Position numbers and translations under genes: made by a program. Of a stretch of DNA of 64,000 nucleotides, positions 12,185 to 24,356 are shown piece by piece. How positions within the stretch are numbered: the stretch's first letter is position 1; each line of letters begins with the position of its first letter. The DNA is from Sphaerodactylus townsendi (taxonomy: Eukaryota). Location: assembly GCF_021028975.2 (NCBI RefSeq), contig NC_059426.1:70308001-70372000 (forward strand). Direction: 5' to 3'. The notes beneath the pieces were generated by a model, which was given only the letters and a program-made list of their open reading frames with translations, had not been told where the DNA came from and made no database searches.

Positions 12185-12366
12185 GTCAGCTAATTGCGCG
12201 CTCTCTCTCTCAGAGGAGAAGAATTGTTATAGAGTTCTTTGGGGGAAGGGGTGATCCTAATGTATATATAAATATCTGTCTATCTGGAAAAGTTGTTCAG
12301 AAGAACTGGGAGATGGAGAAGAATCTACAAGTAATCTAGACTGCTGAGGTCTTTTTCAAGGTTAGC
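12185..12366 (+). promoter_or_regulatory. Candidate promoter and first non-coding exon of the OR at 14528 (paralogue at 7215-7392)
   Basis: Homeodomain-like CTAATTG/CCTAATG, O/E(EBF)-like TCTCAGAGGA and TCTTTGGGGGA, TATATAAAT, then donor-like CAAG|GTTAGC (AAAG|GTGAGT in the paralogue). Motif matches only. Confidence 0.35.
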
Positions 12367-14527
12367 TCAAATAAGATTTTTATTCTTCCCTGTGTGTATT
12401 TTTCAAAATGATTGTCCCATGTATATAGAGAGATGGTAGTACAAAAAACCCCCTATAAATATCATGTATGAGGAATATAGCCATGAAACTTGCCATGAAG
12501 ACATGGTTGGAAGTCAATTTATGGCTCAGTATGGGTATTTACTGTAAATGTATGGGAACACAACCATAGTGTACTTGATTCTTCATCCATAGAAAAGACT
12601 TTTTATAAAGAGTCAAGGATATGGTATCTCTCAGAAGACTTGAGGACCTTTCCCTTCTATAACTAAAAATTATGTCTGTTGTGAGTTCTACAACTGATTC
12701 CTACAACTAATATCCCATGGAAATGAGGAATGTTTTACATCTCTTGAATGTGTTCATCTGAATACATATTAGCAATTTGTTTCTCTTAAGACAGAATGGA
12801 TTGCCTGCACATATTGGAATGAAGACTGGAATAGAAGTGTTCATGATTAAATTCCGAAGCTGAAGATATACATAGAAGTTGCTGATTCAGAGTGATGCAC
12901 TGATTTCCTACAATGGGAATACAAATGGAAGATTCTGGGAAATTTCTCCCACCCCCCCTTCAAAAAAAATCATTTTTTCCATGTTTGGATGCTTCTGATT
13001 TCCTGGGCCATGACATTTTTTGGTTTCAAGTAGATCCATGCAAGGAAGAAGTGCAGCATGTTTCCAGATCATCATGTTTGGAGGCAAGCCACAGAGAGCT
13101 GCAATTCTCCTTCTCTCCTTCCTTTGTGAGGAGTGGAGCTCTTTTTTTTCTTTGCAAGAACAATTGCTGGAAACACCTTGTTCAGAGTTGGTGTGTGCAG
13201 TTCAAATATTTTCATAATACATTTGCATCTGGATTTTTGGGTACAGCACTCTTGATTATCTCTATTTTTTTTGAAAGTATTGTCATGGGTGTAGAAGTGG
13301 GACTTTAGTCTTGAAAATTTGTTGGCATTATTTTTGTCATTTCCCCTGAGGCAGCAGAAGTGGGAAGGGAGAGATGGAAAGAGTAGAAACCGGTCCCAGA
13401 GTTATCATGCTGCCATTGTTCCTGATGGAGGTTTTCCCCAGCTGCTAGCATCAGAGATGGCAGAGTTCACCCCACAGCTATAAAATGATGAGTGGACTTC
13501 TAGACCACCACCAATTCTTTTTTTAAAAAGTATTTAGCTTCTTTCATTATGAAGTTATGACTTTCATTTAGATATCTGCAAAGGAAGATCTAAAAACATT
13601 CTTTTTTGTGAAAGATGGGAATTTAGAGAACCTGATCCTCATATTGTTACATAAATAAAGCACTATTTAAATTATTATTTTTTTAATGCTACAATGAGAC
13701 ATTTGTGGAGAGGAGCCTTCAGTGAGGATAATTCTGTTATGGTAAGTCTAGGCTATGCTCAGCGCTTTCCCTTTTTAAACATAATGGTCCATGGTTGAAG
13801 GCAAGATCTACCTGACCATCAACTGTTAGCTGGCATCTCTTGTCTCAAGGGGAAAGAGATGCTAACAGCTCTTTCCCGAGCCAGCTTTTTCTCTTTCCCT
13901 CCCCACTCCTGCACCTCCTGCTGACCCCAAAACACTGCTGAAATTCCCAGAGATACATTTTCATTACCCCTAGGGTTTTAGGACTATTGAAGACATTTCA
14001 GGTGCTCATGCAAAATGACTGATTTAAGGCATAATTTTGGCTTGGGTATACACAAATGCACACCTCTAATGTGAGCTACACTTAATGCACAGTCTGCTGT
14101 GTCTACTAGTACCTTGACACCTTCATCCTGCCTAAAGTGTTACTTGGTTCCTAATGCCTCAAGTTTGGCCTCTTCCACAGATGCAGAATAATACACATTC
14201 AATCCACTTTATCTCTCACAAAAGCATAGTTCTTGATCCTTTGCATGAATGGTAAATAGTATTTCCTAATTTATATTTGCAGGAATTCATGCAAGGATTG
14301 AATGAAGATTATTATCTCATAGACATCAAGAAGATGACTACTGTATTTCATTTACAAGGCCTAAACAAGATTCTTGAAATGGTGCCCAGGAGAATTTATC
14401 TCCCCAAAATGTGACTGTATCATACCTAACCATCAAGAAGAGCATATGTTCACTTTTCTTATCTTCAGGATCTTAAGCAAATGCCCTCACTAATAAAATC
14501 ATCAACTAGATAATTGAAATGGAATAA

Positions 14528-15475
14528 ATGGCAGATGCCAATCACACCAAGACCACCGTCAAGGAGTTCATTCTCTTGGGGATCACTGATCGTCCAGACC
14601 TACAGAACCCTCTCTTTGTTGTGTTCCTTCTGAACTATATTATCACTGTGATGGGAAATTTGGGGATAATTCTCTTAATCAGGATGGATCCTCATCTCCA
14701 CACTCCCATGTACTTCTTCCTCTGCCACCTGGCTTTTGTTGACCTTTGCTATTCCTCTGTCATTGCTCCTAAAATGCTGACAAACTTTTTAGCAGCTAAA
14801 AAAACAATTTCATACAATGCATGTGCAGCACAGCTGGGCTGCTTCCTAACATTTATGATCACAGAATGTTTCCTCCTGGCAGTGATGGCATACGACCGCT
14901 ATGTAGCCATCTGTAACCCACTGCTTTATCAAACCATCATGTCTCAGAGAGTGTGTATCCAATTGGTAGCTGTCCCTTATATATACAGCTTTGGCGTGGC
15001 TCTGTTCCACACCATAGTGACATTCCGTTTGTCCTTCTGCTCTGCAAACGTGATCAATCATTTCTACTGTGATGACCTCCCACTGTTAGCCCTTTCTTGC
15101 TCTGACACCAGCACCAAACAGATCCTGATCTATGTGTTTGCTGGGTTTGACATGATATGCTCACTTCTCATTGTATTAATCTCTTATTCTTTTATTCTTT
15201 CTAATATCCTCAGAATACGTTCTGCTCAAAGTCGACAAAAAGCTTTTTCTACCTGTTCCTCCCATCTGACAGCTGTTACCATCTTCTATGGAACACTGAT
15301 GTTTATGTATTTGCAACCTAGTACTAACCATTCTCTAGCAACAGATAAAATTGCTTCTGTTTTCTACACTCTGGTGATTCCCATGTTGAATCCTTTGATC
15401 TACAGTCTGAGAAATAAGGAAGTTAAGGCTGCTCTGAAGAGATCAATCGAAAGATTTGTGCTTGTTCTCAGATGA
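14528..15475 (+). CDS. OR8U3: Olfactory receptor, class II, OR8U3 (formerly OR5R1)-like, 315 aa
   Basis: Intact 7TM ORF with [35 protein letters not shown] and [12 protein letters not shown]. Tracts [39 protein letters not shown] and FAGFDMI match my recollection of mammalian OR5R1/OR8U3; the symbol is tentative. Confidence 0.95.
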   Translation: MADANHTKTTVKEFILLGITDRPDLQNPLFVVFLLNYIITVMGNLGIILLIRMDPHLHTPMYFFLCHLAFVDLCYSSVIAPKMLTNFLAAKKTISYNACAAQLGCFLTFMITECFLLAVMAYDRYVAICNPLLYQTIMSQRVCIQLVAVPYIYSFGVALFHTIVTFRLSFCSANVINHFYCDDLPLLALSCSDTSTKQILIYVFAGFDMICSLLIVLISYSFILSNILRIRSAQSRQKAFSTCSSHLTAVTIFYGTLMFMYLQPSTNHSLATDKIASVFYTLVIPMLNPLIYSLRNKEVKAALKRSIERFVLVLR

Positions 15476-15949
15476 AGATATAGAAGCTCATTGTTTCCAA
15501 TGAATATTATGCAGAGCAATTAAAAGTAATATGGAGGGCTCAGTCTCCAGCATCTCCAGTTAGATGATACTACGGGGTACAAAATACATTTACACAAAAT
15601 CGTGGATAGCCATTACCAACCTTAGGAGATTACTCACTTTGCTGGACCAATGGTAAAATCAACATTTATTAACTCTTTATTACAAACTGATGGTATGTAC
15701 ATACATATATGATGTGTTCAATGCAATATTTGAACAGGGCAAGTATAAGGAATAAATTCTCTTTAGTGTGTTCCCACTGAATTCCTTTGATATCTTCACC
15801 ATCAGTTCACACCCTATATTACTGATTTCTAACCCCTAATATTCTTAATATTCTTTATTACAGGTTGGTAATTTCTTACAACTTCATGACTGTGACTCCA
15901 CACTACCTGGAATAAGAATAAGAATGAAATGGGTCCATATCACACAGCC

Positions 15950-16535
15950 TAAATAAGATGTCCTGGGGACACTTAAAAAAGGCATCCTGGGGAGGCACTC
16001 CACACTGCTCTTTTCCCAAGACATCCTTAGGATGCCTTATTTCAGGTCAATGTGTCTTTTTTGAGGAACACTTCAACGTGCCTCTTTTCTCCCTAAGTCA
16101 CCTGCAAGATATCTCCTGCCCGACTGTATGGAATGCAGAGCTCAGGAGGCATCTTATTTTTCCTGCCCGACCATTTTGCTCTCTGGTCAGTTTCATTCTC
16201 AGCTTGTGCCCAGCATTTTGTGTGCTGGTGAAGGGATTCTCCCTGTCACCATTTGCTGAAGGTTCCCCCCAGGACTTTTGCTCTGCAGGCACCAATCCTG
16301 GACACCTTTTCAATCCAAAAAGTACATAGTTGTACTCACCTGGTCCTGTCGGTTCTGACAATATATATAGTTTTTCCCTCTTTTTATTTTGGAGGAGTAT
16401 CAATGCTTCTCAATGGGCAGTAGACCACTGTCCCAATACTTTTCAATGGGAGTCCTCCAAGTGGCTAAGATTCTCTTATGTGTGTCTGTGTATCTTTGAA
16501 GATAACTCCTCCAAAATAAAAAAAATAGGAAAACT
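15950..16535 (+). repeat. Old interspersed repeat, second copy at 52285-52735
   Basis: Shared in order: AAATAAGATGTCCTGGGGA..CTTAAAAAA, CCCCAGGA..TTGCTCTGCAGGCA and TCTTTGAAGATA.CTC.TC.AAA. Confidence 0.65.
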
Positions 16536-18038
16536 ATATATGGTCAGAATTGGCAGGACCATGTTGAGTTGGACACAAAACTGGAAGTGTCAAAGAATGT
16601 GGAAGCAGTTTAGAAACAAAGGCCCCTTCCACACATGCAGAATAATGCACTTTCAATCCACTTTCAATGGTGAGTGGGATTTGAATGACTGAAACATTGC
16701 AGCATTATCATAAATAGTGGGAAGAACCAGCCCTTTCCTGAGAAGGTAGCCATGTAAGAACGCATCTCCCAGTTCCAAACAAGAGGCCATTTCATCTCTA
16801 AATACACAGCTCATCTCTGCTGCTTTCTAACAGCCTTAGAAGAATCATCTTGATCAACTGCATTCATCTAAATCTTTAGAATGGACCTTCTTGCCCTTCA
16901 CAACAGACATCATTCAAGCCTCCACCCTTCTAAATGCAGATTTTTTTCTCCAAGGGGGAGTGTCTCCAAAGGGGAAGTTATTTGATAAAATTACAGCTGT
17001 AAAACAGTGACAATGTAAATGAGGTGGTCATTAAAGGTATTAGAGGAAGAAACATTTGGTTAGTACAACATTGGTCAGGCAAGCACATTAACAAATCTAT
17101 TGTCTTCACCAGAGTGTACGGTCCAGGGCTGGAAATGGGAACTCTCTCCATGTCAAGGTTGGGTGGAGGACCATTTACATTTGTTCAATGAAATAAAAAA
17201 TCACTCCAGAGAACAAGGAGCTGCTAGGGGATTGCACTGCTTCATCTCAGAAGGGGCACCCAAGCAAGAAAAAAGAATAACCAGGATGTGGTCATGGGCT
17301 TGAGAATAAGCAGATCCAAGGAGCTTTGTTCTTTCTTTCCTTCCAGGAGAACTCAGTTTTAGCTATGCGACTGAAGTTTAGTGCTGTGACTGAAGATTTA
17401 AAAAGCATCATTGTCTCTGTTGCTGGCAAGACAACCATGGCTGGGTAACTTGAAGGATACCTGAAAAGATCAACTTAGCCCCAGCTTTATATAAATGCCA
17501 CTCAACTCTTTGTTCTTGCATTGCCAGACCAATCTCATTCCTCTTCTCATTTCAATTCTTTTCTCCTCTACACCCCTTTCTTTGTGTGTCTTTTTTCACT
17601 CAGCAAGGTTTATGGCAGGGCCTACATATTGTTTTATCTACAGCACCTGCCAGTGTGTGTAGCACAAAACGTTGTAATAGGTGTGAGCCTGGACAAAACA
17701 CAATTTTGATCTGGGAAGCAGGAGGAAAAAAAGTATATTTGTATCTAACCCTTCTGCCGCCCCCCGCCCCCCCTGGCCACTTTTCTTTACATCATGTTGG
17801 CTATCTGCCAGCATTTCTACCTTTACATTATGCAAAATCACAGTAACATGGAAAATTCAAACACAATAATATTTTTGACATATAGCAGTCTCATGAGGCT
17901 GACCCACACACAAAAAATGGCAAGATATTGGTTTCAGGCCCTAACCCGCATTTACAGGCAAAGTGTGTGTGGTACTGAGACTCAACAGAAAAGAAAGGCA
18001 ATCCTTTCTAATGAAGATGAGGTAGCAATTAACTATAC

Positions 18039-18239
18039 TCTGACTAAAAGAAAAACCCAAAATTGTACCTTCATTCGCCAAACACTGGACTGTCTTTGTT
18101 TTAGAATGCTGTGTTTGGGTCCTAGTCCCAACCTGGTTCTGTTAGGTAGGCACTAGGACCAAAATGGAGCATTCTAAAACAAAGAAAGTCCAGCATGTGG
18201 CGAATGAAGTTACAAATTTGGGTTTTTCTTTTGGTCAGA
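18039..18239. repeat. Long imperfect inverted repeat, ~95-bp arms with a very short loop
   Basis: The arms give similar translations on opposite strands (LTKRKTQNCTFIRQTLDCLCFRML vs LTKRKTQICNFIRHMLDFLCFRML). Confidence 0.9.
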
Positions 18240-18963
18240 AAGAGTTTGTGCATAGTATAATTATATTCTGCTTTGAGCAAAAGTCCTTTTCTATACTGAT
18301 TTAGACCTCCAAGAGCTCCAAGCACAAGCAAGATATGAGCTCCTAGCACAAGCAGTACTGTGTATTGTGACAATAATCAGGATATTGAAATCTACAAATA
18401 CAGCAAACTGACTGACTATATTTGTGACCATTGTTAAGAACAACCCCCGCCCCCAATCTGCAGGCCATTTTTAGGAACTGTGATCAAGAAACAGTTCCAA
18501 TTCTAATTAGCAACTTCTTCAATGGCCTAGTGAGATTTTATTAAAATAAGTGTGTGACTGCATCTACATAGTACCCAAGAGAAGGGAAACAAATGAGTAA
18601 TTGTGTACAGAGGACATTGTTAGCATTATTTTGGGACTCTCTGTTTACAAAGTCCTATTATTTTTAATTGCAACAAATGTAACTCTGCAACATACTTTAT
18701 AATTGTTCCCCAAGCAGTCTGTTTACTACTGTTTAACTAGTTAATCCCAAAAGTGTTTTTCTCCCCAAATGGAATGATGATGTAAAATGCACTTTAATCG
18801 TATATATGTATGTGAAGTTTGGATCAGTGCCAGATTTTAACTCATGTCAGGAATTGTTTGTAGGAACCATGTGTATACAGAGGTAAAACAATTCTTAGTA
18901 TCAGCATTTTGATCAATTGCCAGCCTCAGCCATTTGCTTGCTATCTTTTAATGTTGCCATTTA

Positions 18964-19064
18964 ACACATACTCATGTCATGGAGTCAAGGATAATGTTAT
19001 ATATAATATTAGAAGGAATATATATGTATAACATTATCCTTGACTCCATGCCATGAGTATGTGT
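18964..19064. repeat. Inverted repeat, 38-bp arms with one mismatch, followed by (TG)n
   Basis: ACACATACTCATGTCATGGAGTCAAGGATAATGTTATA ... TATAACATTATCCTTGACTCCATGCCATGAGTATGTGT. Confidence 0.92.
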
Positions 19065-19152
19065 GTGTGTGTGTGTGTTTGTGCGTGTGCACACATACAT
19101 ATATATACAAACAAATTATATATGGGCATCTTCCTACAAACAAATATATATG

Positions 19153-19284
19153 TGGGCATCTGTGCTTTTCTTAGTGGTAACAAATTCATTTTGGTTCATG
19201 GCAGCAGTTGCTGTCCAGTCAGCACCCACCCATAACCATGAACCAAAATGAATTTGTTACCACTATGAAAAGCACAGATGCCCA
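19153..19284. repeat. Inverted repeat, 49-bp arms with one mismatch and a 34-nt loop
   Basis: TGGGCATCTGTGCTTTTCTTAGTGGTAACAAATTCATTTTGGTTCATGG ... CCATGAACCAAAATGAATTTGTTACCACTATGAAAAGCACAGATGCCCA. Confidence 0.92.
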
Positions 19285-21214
19285 TGAGATGCTCTGGCAT
19301 CATCTGAGATGGCAAACAGGACCCTGAAAGTGTGCATGTACTGGCCTGGCTGCTTCAAGGTCCTGACCGTCATGATAAGAATAACACCCGCCCCCAACCC
19401 AGCAACTAAGCATCAATGCATCAATAGGTTCAGCGCAGTGTGCCAAAGGAATGGACAGCACACTAGAAGTGGCTTAGTAAACAAGTTGTGCAAGCCTCGA
19501 AAAGTTTCCCACATTTGCTTTGAAAAGTCCATTTTTGTGGTTTTCTGTCTGTTTTATTCTCCAAGCCATCTTCTTTACAGATCTTTTCTTTTAGCAAGCA
19601 AGGAGTAGCAGAAGGGGCCTCGTGTCTCTTTCTCTTGGAATTAGAAATATTAAAAAGTTACGTCAAGACCAAAGAAGTGAAGTCTGGTGCTTATTCCTTC
19701 TCTCCAGCTTGTCTGCAAAGGGGAATGACTGGGGGTGCTAGACCCTTGCCAGGATCTGATTAGAAGGAATGATGCCATTGTTTTCCACGGGAAAAAATGC
19801 AATCCAAGGAACAACAACATGGGCGTGCTCCAGCTAGGTAATAGTGAGTACCTAAAGTCAAAACAGCATGGATCTTCAGGGAGGCTGATTTCATTCCAGT
19901 AAAAACAGCTGACTCCTTTAGGAATCAGAATACATCTACCATTCATGCTTTACATGGTGTTAACACTGGTGAACCCATAGCAAACTCAAGTCTGTCACAT
20001 AATGTGTGGAGCCTCTTTTAATTAGAGGGAAACCCTAGTATGTGAGTGGTCAACAGCAAGAAAAAGCAGGAACTCCAAAAATTACTAAGATGAGTCAGCT
20101 GAAGGCTCTGCAAGGAAAGATACCAAATATTTACTTTTAAAAATACTCTGACTTCAGAGAAGGTGACAGTAGAACATTAGAATGTAAGCTGGCATTGCAT
20201 AACCCAATAGCAATTACTGATTTTTTTTTAACAAAATTCAAAACTCCCTCTGGTGGTTCAGTTAGGGAAACACTGGCCACAGCTGCATGAAAAGTCAATT
20301 GCAATGCATTAATGTTAGCAAGTAATTTATTGAAACAAACTGCTAATTAGCCACAGACATTAAATGGTCAGAACACTATCTGTCAAAATAAAAATGTCAC
20401 CCTATTACTCTTGCCAAACAGCATGTGTGTCAAACTGGCTGGTGTTCATGCATCCCTAATTTTGACAGATTTGATAGGTATTTTTCACATAATATCACTT
20501 GCATCTCACCTGACTTTGACTATGCCTTAGTTATAATTATGATGAACAAATAGAGAGCAACAATCCTATTCCCTCCATCTTTGATTGGTCCCCTCTCCCC
20601 CTACTTCTTTCAGTCTCTCACTTTTTCCCCTTCCTGCCACCCTTTTCTAACTCTCTCTCCTCCATGCCTGTCACTCTGGCCCACTCCGCACTGGTCAATA
20701 AAGCCAGATTGGGGGCGGTATAAACACCATTTTGGGCAAGAACTTTGCATGGTTCCCGCCCTGAACATGACTCTAAACTGCCCCCAACCTGCAACATCGG
20801 CCTCAGAACGTCTTATACGAGAATGGCTCAATGAGTGAGTCTTTTGTTTTATTGGGGAGCACAGCTGGACCAAGTGAATGGCTGCAGCTGTCAGCCACTT
20901 TAAACAGACAAATTGCGCATGGAGTGAATCTCGTATTACCCCCTCCCCAGCTCCCATTCACAGAGCCACTGGGGAAAAAGGGGCCGTCCCACAGCCCAGT
21001 TCGCAGGCAAGCAAGGACAAGGCGGGAGGCAGTGGGGAAGGGAACCATGAATGCGCCTCCATGCAAAGGCATGTCCGTGGTCCCTGGCAGCTGTGAGGCC
21101 ACTCGCACGAGCGTGTGTGAATGGTCCCGGGACTCCACTGGAGTCAAGTACCCTGGTGTGACCCTGCCTCCCCAGCCTGTGTGGAAGAGGCCTCTCTCTT
21201 TTGCTGCTTGTACT

Positions 21215-21315
21215 TTCCAAAGCAGCCATTTTCTCTAGGGAAACTGATTCCTATTATATGGATATAATTTGTAATTTGCAGTTATCTCCTGCCCCAACTT
21301 GGAGGTTGGCAACCC
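21215..21315 (+). mobile_element. End of a common MITE-like repeat (related pieces at ~27195-27292 and, inverted, ~27960-28150)
   Basis: CATTTTCTC.AGG.AACTGATT.CT...TTGTAATT...CC.AC.TGGAGGTTGGCAACCCT recurs within the window. Confidence 0.55.
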
Positions 21316-21522
21316 TGGTTTCCCTGGCACAAATGGCTGCTTATGCAAGAGAACTCTATGGCATTATAAACTTCCTAAACTGGAGTTGGCAACTCTATCT
21401 TCTTACCACCCTACAAACTACCTTTATCTGACTTTCTGTCTCCACAATAGTAGCCCAGTTGTGTGGTGCCAGTCACAGGGCCAAGCCTATTTGCAAGTTG
21501 GGAACCCTTCAGGGATTATACC

Positions 21523-21658
21523 CAGTGGTGGGATTCAGCAGGTTCGCACCACTTCGGCAGAACCGGTTGTTAAAATGTGTCTTGTAAACAACTGCTTGTT
21601 ACATTAATTAAAACCCACCACCAGAACCAGTTGTTATATTATTTGAATCCCACCACTG
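21523..21658. mobile_element. 136-bp hAT MITE
   Basis: 15-bp TIRs CAGTGGTGGGATTCA / TGAATCCCACCACTG with an imperfect 8-bp TSD ATTATACC / CTTGTACC. Confidence 0.85.
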
Positions 21659-22329
21659 CTTGTACCTCATGTTTCTCTTAATCCCCCTCTCTGGACTATT
21701 TCCTATTTCCTTTCCTCCTGGCAACCTCCATATCTCTCCCTTTTCCATGCTTAATTCTCTCCTTCTCAGCCATTCACAAACCTTTTATCCCACTTCCAAC
21801 ATCAGCTATATTCATTATTTATGTGTTTCATTTATATCCACCCCCATTCTTTACAGTGGATCTCTGAAGTTTGCTTGTTAAAAGGTGAAAACATCTTTCT
21901 GTGTGGCATGGTAAATGTTCTCCAGGTTACCAGAAAGGGGTGTCTGGGTGTTTGGAGAAGCGTTTCTGTACCCCAATGAATGATATAGACTATGGTTTAA
22001 AATGCAACCCAAATGTCAAAATTAGGCTATTTCTGAGGTTGTTTCAACCCCCAGGTATTTATTTTCTCTACAGAAAGAAAACTATACATGGCTGTTTGCT
22101 ATTGTACATGTGACAGTGTCCTAAGAGGGGGAAAATCCCTGTAGAGCCAGTTCTGGATGTATTCTGCACAAAACAGTGCAACCAGGAAATTCACCATTCG
22201 GGCTATCTCAGTAACTGATGACATTGTTTAAGATTACATTGCACAAAATATAGCATTTTAAAAGTACTTATGTTTCCATCTGATTCTCAAAACATTCTGA
22301 GGGATGCAACAGTTTACTCTAGCTGGCCT

Positions 22330-23080
22330 GAGTTTATTGGAAACTAAGGCCTGGTTAATAACCTTTAAATTTTGGCTGAGACCCTGCTTTAACATGTAAG
22401 AGAACAGTTTAATTCAATCTGCGATGTCTGATCTGATGATCTCTAAATGGTGTTCCAATATTATCAAGAAGATTAAATCTGTAGGTTTTTCATTGGAAGC
22501 ATCTCATAAGCTTCATTTGAATGAGATCTTCAATATACTTAAAAGAAGATTACTGGATCAGGAACAACAGCTACTTTTAACATCAGCAAACAAGTGCTCT
22601 CCTCTATATTACAATATAGTACCAACGTATTGGCATTTCTTTGATCTAGTATTTTTTTGATCTAGTATTGGACTCTAGGCAAAGATGGGTTCTAACTCGA
22701 GCTAGGTGCAACGTGTTTCCATCAGCAGTAGAGGAGGGACAACTACTTTCTATACCATTCAGTGAAAGATTCTGTTCATACTGTTTAAATCAAGAAGAGA
22801 CTCTTACTCATATGATCTTCTGCACTAAATATGCAAGCATCAGATATTTGTTACCACAGGCTACATTTAATAAAGCATTAATTTGCTCAGCCAATTCAGG
22901 AATTGCCCTACTTCTAAACAGTAAAAAACCCAGAGATACTGGAAAAGACTGCAAAATTTCTTCTGCAAGTGATTGATACATGTACTGAAGAACAACAGAA
23001 GAGAACTTGATCTTGTTTTTAATATCCATTTATCTCTATATTCATCTTTATTTTTATGCCTAATAAAGATTGTTTGTATT
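22330..23080 (+). mobile_element. Non-LTR retrotransposon 3' end (ORF2 C-terminal Cys/His knuckle; possibly RTE-X-like)
   Basis: LTRARCNVFPSAV.EG...IPFSERFCSYC..QEETLTHMIFC..Y..IR, followed by AATAAA and a short (TTG/TA) tail. Confidence 0.6.
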
Positions 23081-24356
23081 ATTGTGTAGTTTACTCTAGC
23101 ATATAAAAATGGCTACAAAATTGTTTCGTTACTTGTTTGAACATCTTCTAATTGTCTTTGTGTAGCCCTGAATGGAGGGAGGGAGAAAAGGGTAGAAACT
23201 CTTTGGAGAAGATGTTTTACTTGTTATTAGTCCTCTGTGAATCAGGCAATCCTTGTATCTCTCAGTTGGGAATTTAAGCCCAGTAAATAAATATTACTTC
23301 ATCTGACATTCCAAGCAACCATTTAAGATTCATCACAGAATGGACTAAACATCTGACAAATCCAGGGCAGAAAATGAAGATTCCTGCTATATCATGTTGC
23401 TATAGATTAATCATACTTGCTGCTACAGGGAGAAAAGGTATTTGCAGGACTTTGTACGCTGTCAGGTGCTCATAGAATCTGCCCCCAATATAGTTGGTGA
23501 CCTGCACAGAATGGTGTGTGGATTCTCCCTGACAGTGGATGGCATAGAACCTAAAGTAAATGGGTGGAAGGGAGGAAAATAAAGCATCTCCTCCCTGTTG
23601 TGTTCATGTGAGAGTACCTCCAACCCTGGATTGTGAAAAAGGATCAACCCGAAAATCCCAGGTTGAGGGGAATAAAACGGGCCAAACTCATTTTGGGAAC
23701 AGAACCTGTGCAAAGTCTCCCTCCACATGATTTATATAACATTCTACGCTGATTATATTTGGTCTGTACGGAATCCATCTCTGATTCTAAATAAGTTCCA
23801 TTTCATAAAATGAAGCATGATCCAAAAAACCCCAATGAAACTGGGAAATAAGCATAAAATATTTTATGGCAATTAGAAATTTAGGTGGCTTGGTTACTTT
23901 TGCAAATCTTAAATAATTAGTCACAAATTCCTATAACAGGCTCTAAGTTGGTAAATGCAATTTAGTAATATATAATCAAGAAAGATCAGGACTTGCAGGA
24001 GGCATCTCCTTTCCCCCTTCCCTATTACTGCCTCTTTCCCTTTCCTGAAAGCTTTCCCTCTTTTCCTACCTCCTCCTCCTCTTCCTACCCAACAGGCAGC
24101 CTACATTTTCCTTCTTCTCTGTCTTCTGACAGAATAAATTGCAATCGATTGTGCTTCTTTCTGAGTATGTATCAATTGATAGTATTTTGATAATAGACAC
24201 ATCTATAGAACGAATGCCTAATTTGTGTCTGTCACTGCTAATTATTTTTCCTTTTTTCTGTTCAAGATTGCAGGATATTTACTCCTAAGTGAAGCTTTCC
24301 CAACCAGATTCGTCCCATCCTTCCTTCTACTCTTTATCATCCCCATAACCTCTGAG

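Noticed and set aside
14846-15061. Antisense and alternate-frame ORFs overlapping OR genes (also 24800, 30345, 44837, 53159, 61582)
   Set aside because: Short shadow ORFs of the coding strand with no independent motifs.
19980-20480. Possible OR cluster enhancer (TAATTA-type homeodomain sites)
   Set aside because: Such motifs are expected by chance in AT-rich DNA, I saw no clear Lhx2/EBF composite, and conservation or ATAC data would be needed.
24225-24356. 44-aa N-terminal extension of the OR ORF
   Set aside because: It starts at a GTG and runs through a polypyrimidine/acceptor-like tract. The ATG at 24357 aligns with the paralogue start.
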